Shown piece by piece: positions 60,938 through 64,000 of a stretch of DNA of 64,000 nucleotides (position 1 is its first letter; the number at the start of each line of letters is the position of its first letter). Both the position numbers and the translations under genes were made by a program. The notes beneath the pieces were generated by a model. The model saw only the letters and a list, made by a program, of their open reading frames with translations, was not told the origin of the DNA and ran no database searches. The DNA lies in the NCBI GenBank assembly GCA_030599585.1, contig JAUVNS010000003.1:128001-192000 (forward strand). The letters run 5' to 3'. The stretch is from Promethearchaeota archaeon (lineage in GTDB: Archaea > Asgardarchaeota > Lokiarchaeia > Sigyniarchaeales > SOKP01).

Positions 60938-62230
60938 ATGATTGGAGAAAAACCGGATTGGTATCCAATGTGGAGAGAGTTGGGAATAGATATTGAAAAG
61001 CATGACCAATTACTAGCAGTACTTCCTGATGCGTTTAAAACAATATATATTGACTCGCAAATAAATAGACCGAAAAATATGGCATTTTGGGATTTCGTAG
61101 TTGGAGATATTCACGGGTTGCGTGTAAGTGAATTGAAGAAAGCAAAAGAAGAAGGAAAGAAGGTAATCGGTACTTTTTGCCTTTATATACCTGATGAAAT
61201 AATCGTTGCTTTGGATGCAATCGGAATTGGATTATGTGGTGGTACGAATTTTTCAAATTTTGCATCAGAAAATCTTTTACCAACGAATATTTGTGCTTTA
61301 ATTAAATCAGCATTAGGTTTTGGTATTGGAAATGTCTGTCCGTATTTTGCAATAACCGATTTGTTAATTGGAGAAACTACATGTGATGGTAAGAAAAAAG
61401 CGTGGGAGATTTTAAATGACTATAAACCCGTATATATCGTGGAAACTCCACAGTGCAAAACAAGACCACAAGCGCGAGCGCATTTTATTGAGGAACTTAA
61501 AGCACTTATCATAAAACTTGAAGAAGTCACTGGAAATATACTTACTGCTGAAAAATTAAAAAAAGCTATGGAAAAAATTTCTAAAAAGAGAAAACAATTA
61601 AAGCGAGTCTATAATACTCGAAAATTTGATCCTGTTCCAATTTCAGGAAAAGATGGATTATTGGTTTCGCAAATAGCTTTTTATGATGACCCCGATAGAC
61701 AAATTGAAATGATTGGAAAGTTAGCTGATGAGTTAGAACAACGAGTTAAAAATGGGGAAGGAATTACTGATAAAGATACAAAAAGAATTTTATTAAGTGG
61801 GACACCTATGGCAATTCCTAATTGGAAAATCCATCACTTAGTTGAGACCAAGGGAGCCGTAATTGTTGCTGAAGAAACATGTACAGGGACAAGATATTTT
61901 CAATCAGAATTTGAAGAAAAATTGGGAGAAACCATCGCTGATCTTATTGAGCAATTAGCCGATCGATATTTAGGAATCAATTGTGCCTGTTTTACTCCAA
62001 ATATCGGACGAAAAGAAGATATTTTAAGACTTGCAAAAGAATACAAAGCAGATGGGATAATTCTTTATACATTAAATTTCTGCCAACCATACGATATTGA
62101 GGCAGTTATATTAGAAAAAGAGTTAAAAAAAGCTGGATTTCCTGTTCTTTCAATTAATACTGATTATTCTTCAGATGACGAAGGACCGCTTAACACAAGA
62201 ATTGAAGCATTCCTTGAAATGCTAAAATAA
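60938..62230 (+). CDS. Double-cubane-cluster reductase / 2-hydroxyacyl-CoA dehydratase (HgdB/YjiM) family protein
   Basis: GTFCLY, GLCGG, NICALIKS, CPYF, ETTCDGKKK, EETCTG, CAC, FCQPY and TRIEAFLEML. Confidence 0.87.
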   Translation: MIGEKPDWYPMWRELGIDIEKHDQLLAVLPDAFKTIYIDSQINRPKNMAFWDFVVGDIHGLRVSELKKAKEEGKKVIGTFCLYIPDEIIVALDAIGIGLCGGTNFSNFASENLLPTNICALIKSALGFGIGNVCPYFAITDLLIGETTCDGKKKAWEILNDYKPVYIVETPQCKTRPQARAHFIEELKALIIKLEEVTGNILTAEKLKKAMEKISKKRKQLKRVYNTRKFDPVPISGKDGLLVSQIAFYDDPDRQIEMIGKLADELEQRVKNGEGITDKDTKRILLSGTPMAIPNWKIHHLVETKGAVIVAEETCTGTRYFQSEFEEKLGETIADLIEQLADRYLGINCACFTPNIGRKEDILRLAKEYKADGIILYTLNFCQPYDIEAVILEKELKKAGFPVLSINTDYSSDDEGPLNTRIEAFLEMLK

Positions 62231-62348
62231 ATAGATTTTTCATAGCTAATTCAAACTATTAGAATTATAATGTAATTATTATATTTGATGTATATACTAA
62301 AAATTAAATTTTTCCAAGATTTTAATAGATATTAATAAAGCATTTAAA

Positions 62349-62359
62349 GTGAGGTGAAA
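62349..62359 (+). promoter_or_regulatory. Shine-Dalgarno site of selD2
   Basis: GTGAGGTGAAA directly before ATG 62360. Confidence 0.7.
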
Positions 62360-63388
62360 ATGAAAAAAATACCAGAATATCGATTGACAAAGCAAGTTAA
62401 AATCTATGGATGATCGTGCAAACTTGGTGCAAATCAATTAGACGAATTACTAGAGAAAACTGGCTTAAAGGGATTTATTGAAGATGCTGCTATTGTGCCT
62501 GTTCCAAATTCCGACATGGTTCAAGTGAAAAGTATAGATATCTTTACTCCGCTTGTAGATGAACCAGAAATAATGGGCGAAATCTCTGCATGTAACGTTA
62601 CAAATGATATATTTGCGATGAATGTTCCAGAAGTTTCAGGAATGCTTGTATTTTTAGCGATCAATAAAAACACTCCAATGAAAATCGCAGAAGGAATTCT
62701 TAGGGGAATTAGCAGGTTTATGGAACAAAAAATAAATTCCAAAGTGGTGGGAGGTCATACGATTTATAGCGAGTGGCCTCTTATTGGTGGAGAAGCGTCT
62801 GGTTTTGTGGATAAAAACAAATTAATCCGGAAACACGGTGTGAAAAAAGGCGATAAATTACTCTTAACAAAACCTATTGGATTACAACCAATTATGGCAG
62901 CGTATAGGATACAGAAAGATTTTCCGGATATGCTGGAGGAATTTTCATCGAATGAGCTCAATAAATCGATTGAGTTAGCTATAAATCTTATGACAACATC
63001 TAATCAAGGCGTAGTAAAGACGATTTATACGTATGATGATTTCTCTTTTATTCATGCTATGACCGATGTTACCGGTTTCGGATTATCTGGCCATTTAAAG
63101 GAAATGCTTCAAAATTCTGGATTATCTGCAGTTATTGAGACTGTTCCTTCAATTAAGTTCTCAAAAAAACTCTCTGAGGAATATGGATACAGTTTTAACG
63201 ATTGTTCCTGCTCCGAAACAGCCGGAGGTATGCTACTAGCTATCGATCCGAGCAAAGTAGAAGACTTTTCTAACGCGCTCTCCAGTAATGACATTTCTAA
63301 TTGGATTGTTGGTACTATTGATACCAAAGAAGATGAACTTGTAAGGATATCGAAAGAAGTTAAACAGATTGAAATAACTAAAATATAA
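62360..63388 (+). CDS. selD: Selenophosphate synthetase 2, selenoprotein (342 aa, Sec18 = TGA 62411-62413)
   Basis: In-frame extension of track ORF 62495: MKKIPEYRLTKQVKIYG-U-SCKLG...EDAA..., then IDIFTP, CNVTND, GGHT, TDVTGFGLSGH and ETAGGML. Confidence 0.92.
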
Positions 63389-63458
63389 TGATGTCAATGA
63401 AATAAGCTAAAACACATATGTGGGTGCTTATCGAGAATACCGTTGCTCCACGGCATCA
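63389..63458 (+). promoter_or_regulatory. Eukaryote-like SECIS element (3' UTR of selD2)
   Basis: AUGA (63397-400)...GA (63433-34), AUAAGC/GCUUAU, AAAA, CAC/GUG; same architecture as 60482-60553. Confidence 0.85.
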
Positions 63459-63656
63459 ATTTTTTACCAAATTATCTTTTTCTCTCTTTTTACTCGTAAT
63501 AGGAAAAAAACCTTCCCAAATTAATTTTTTAAAAAGAAATGTGTGAATACACCTTTAGATTTAAAATTATAAGTGGAAATATTCGATATTAACTCGAACT
63601 TAAGTTTATATTTCCTCATTTTCTTCTTACTACAAAAGGAAAGAAAAATATCTAAA

Positions 63657-64000
63657 ATGGCAAAGAATAAGGATTACTATAAAATTCTCGAAATAGAAGA
63701 AGATGCTTCTGAAGAAGAAATTAAACTAGCTTATCGGAGATTAGCGAAAAAATTTCATCCTGACCTTAATAAAACCGATTCCCATGCCAAAGAGAAATTT
63801 ATAGAACTACATGAAGCTTATGACACGTTAGTAAATCCTATAAGAAGAAAAATCTACGATCAAGCAGGGTATAATCCAAGAAATATAGATCTAAGTGATT
63901 TGTTTTGGCGAAACAATTTTAGGGGATTTAAGGATATATTAAGGCAAATCTACGCGTCTAACAGTAGAATACCCAAAGTAAAACCTCCACCTGAAGGAAT
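63657..64000 (+). CDS. J-domain (DnaJ-domain) protein; runs off the window end
   Basis: Manual translation [38 protein letters not shown]...[18 protein letters not shown], with the HPD motif. Confidence 0.9.
   Translation, partial: MAKNKDYYKILEIEEDASEEEIKLAYRRLAKKFHPDLNKTDSHAKEKFIELHEAYDTLVNPIRRKIYDQAGYNPRNIDLSDLFWRNNFRGFKDILRQIYASNSRIPKVKPPPEG

Noticed and set aside
1497-63327. The many 60-170 aa ORFs antisense to or nested in long genes (e.g. 1497-1820, 9578-10087, 15335-15778, 21323-21730, 57837-58181, 59464-59772, 62521-62742)
   Set aside because: Shadow frames of well-supported genes with no motifs. The similarity between 59464-59772 and 62521-62742 only mirrors the selD duplication.
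59444-63388. selD copies as nonsense-mutated pseudogenes or N-terminally short proteins (as in the ORF track)
   Set aside because: The TGA sits at the catalytic Cys/Sec position in both diverged copies, with conserved upstream codons, SD and 3' SECIS
1-64000. CRISPR arrays, tRNA/rRNA genes, transposases or integrases
   Set aside because: No regularly spaced repeats, GC-rich cloverleaf or rRNA segments, or recombinase motifs seen by eye; tRNAscan-SE and Rfam were not run

Overview
AT-rich archaeal window that most likely comes from an Asgard archaeon of the Lokiarchaeia (inference from gene content: archaeal histone, TFB, archaeal/eukaryote-type ProRS, proteasome beta subunit, NOG1 and methanofuran genes together with a two-domain gelsolin, a Rab-like GTPase, longin-like proteins, a RING protein and an EMC3/TMCO1-family protein). 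About 55 CDS are present; I saw no rRNA, tRNA, CRISPR array or transposase. The main signal missed by the ORF track is at 59.4-63.5 kb. Two selD (selenophosphate synthetase) paralogs are both selenoproteins: each has an upstream ATG with a strong SD, an in-frame UGA in a G-U-x-C-K active-site motif, and a eukaryote-like SECIS directly after the stop. Both SECIS elements carry an extra conserved 3' hairpin and a compensatory base pair. The two selD genes flank a double-cubane/HgdB-family Fe-S reductase. Other items: an H/ACA-like hairpin whose pocket is complementary to LSU rRNA helix 69 (44873-44945), nested inverted repeats upstream of the histone gene, a degenerate PlsY fused to a lipid kinase, an inactive proteasome beta gene next to a coiled-coil RING protein, a HEAT-coiled-coil-PCI-like-ear-like protein, and a Zn-ribbon shared by gelsolin and a neighbouring small protein. 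All family calls come from motif recognition by eye; no searches were run.
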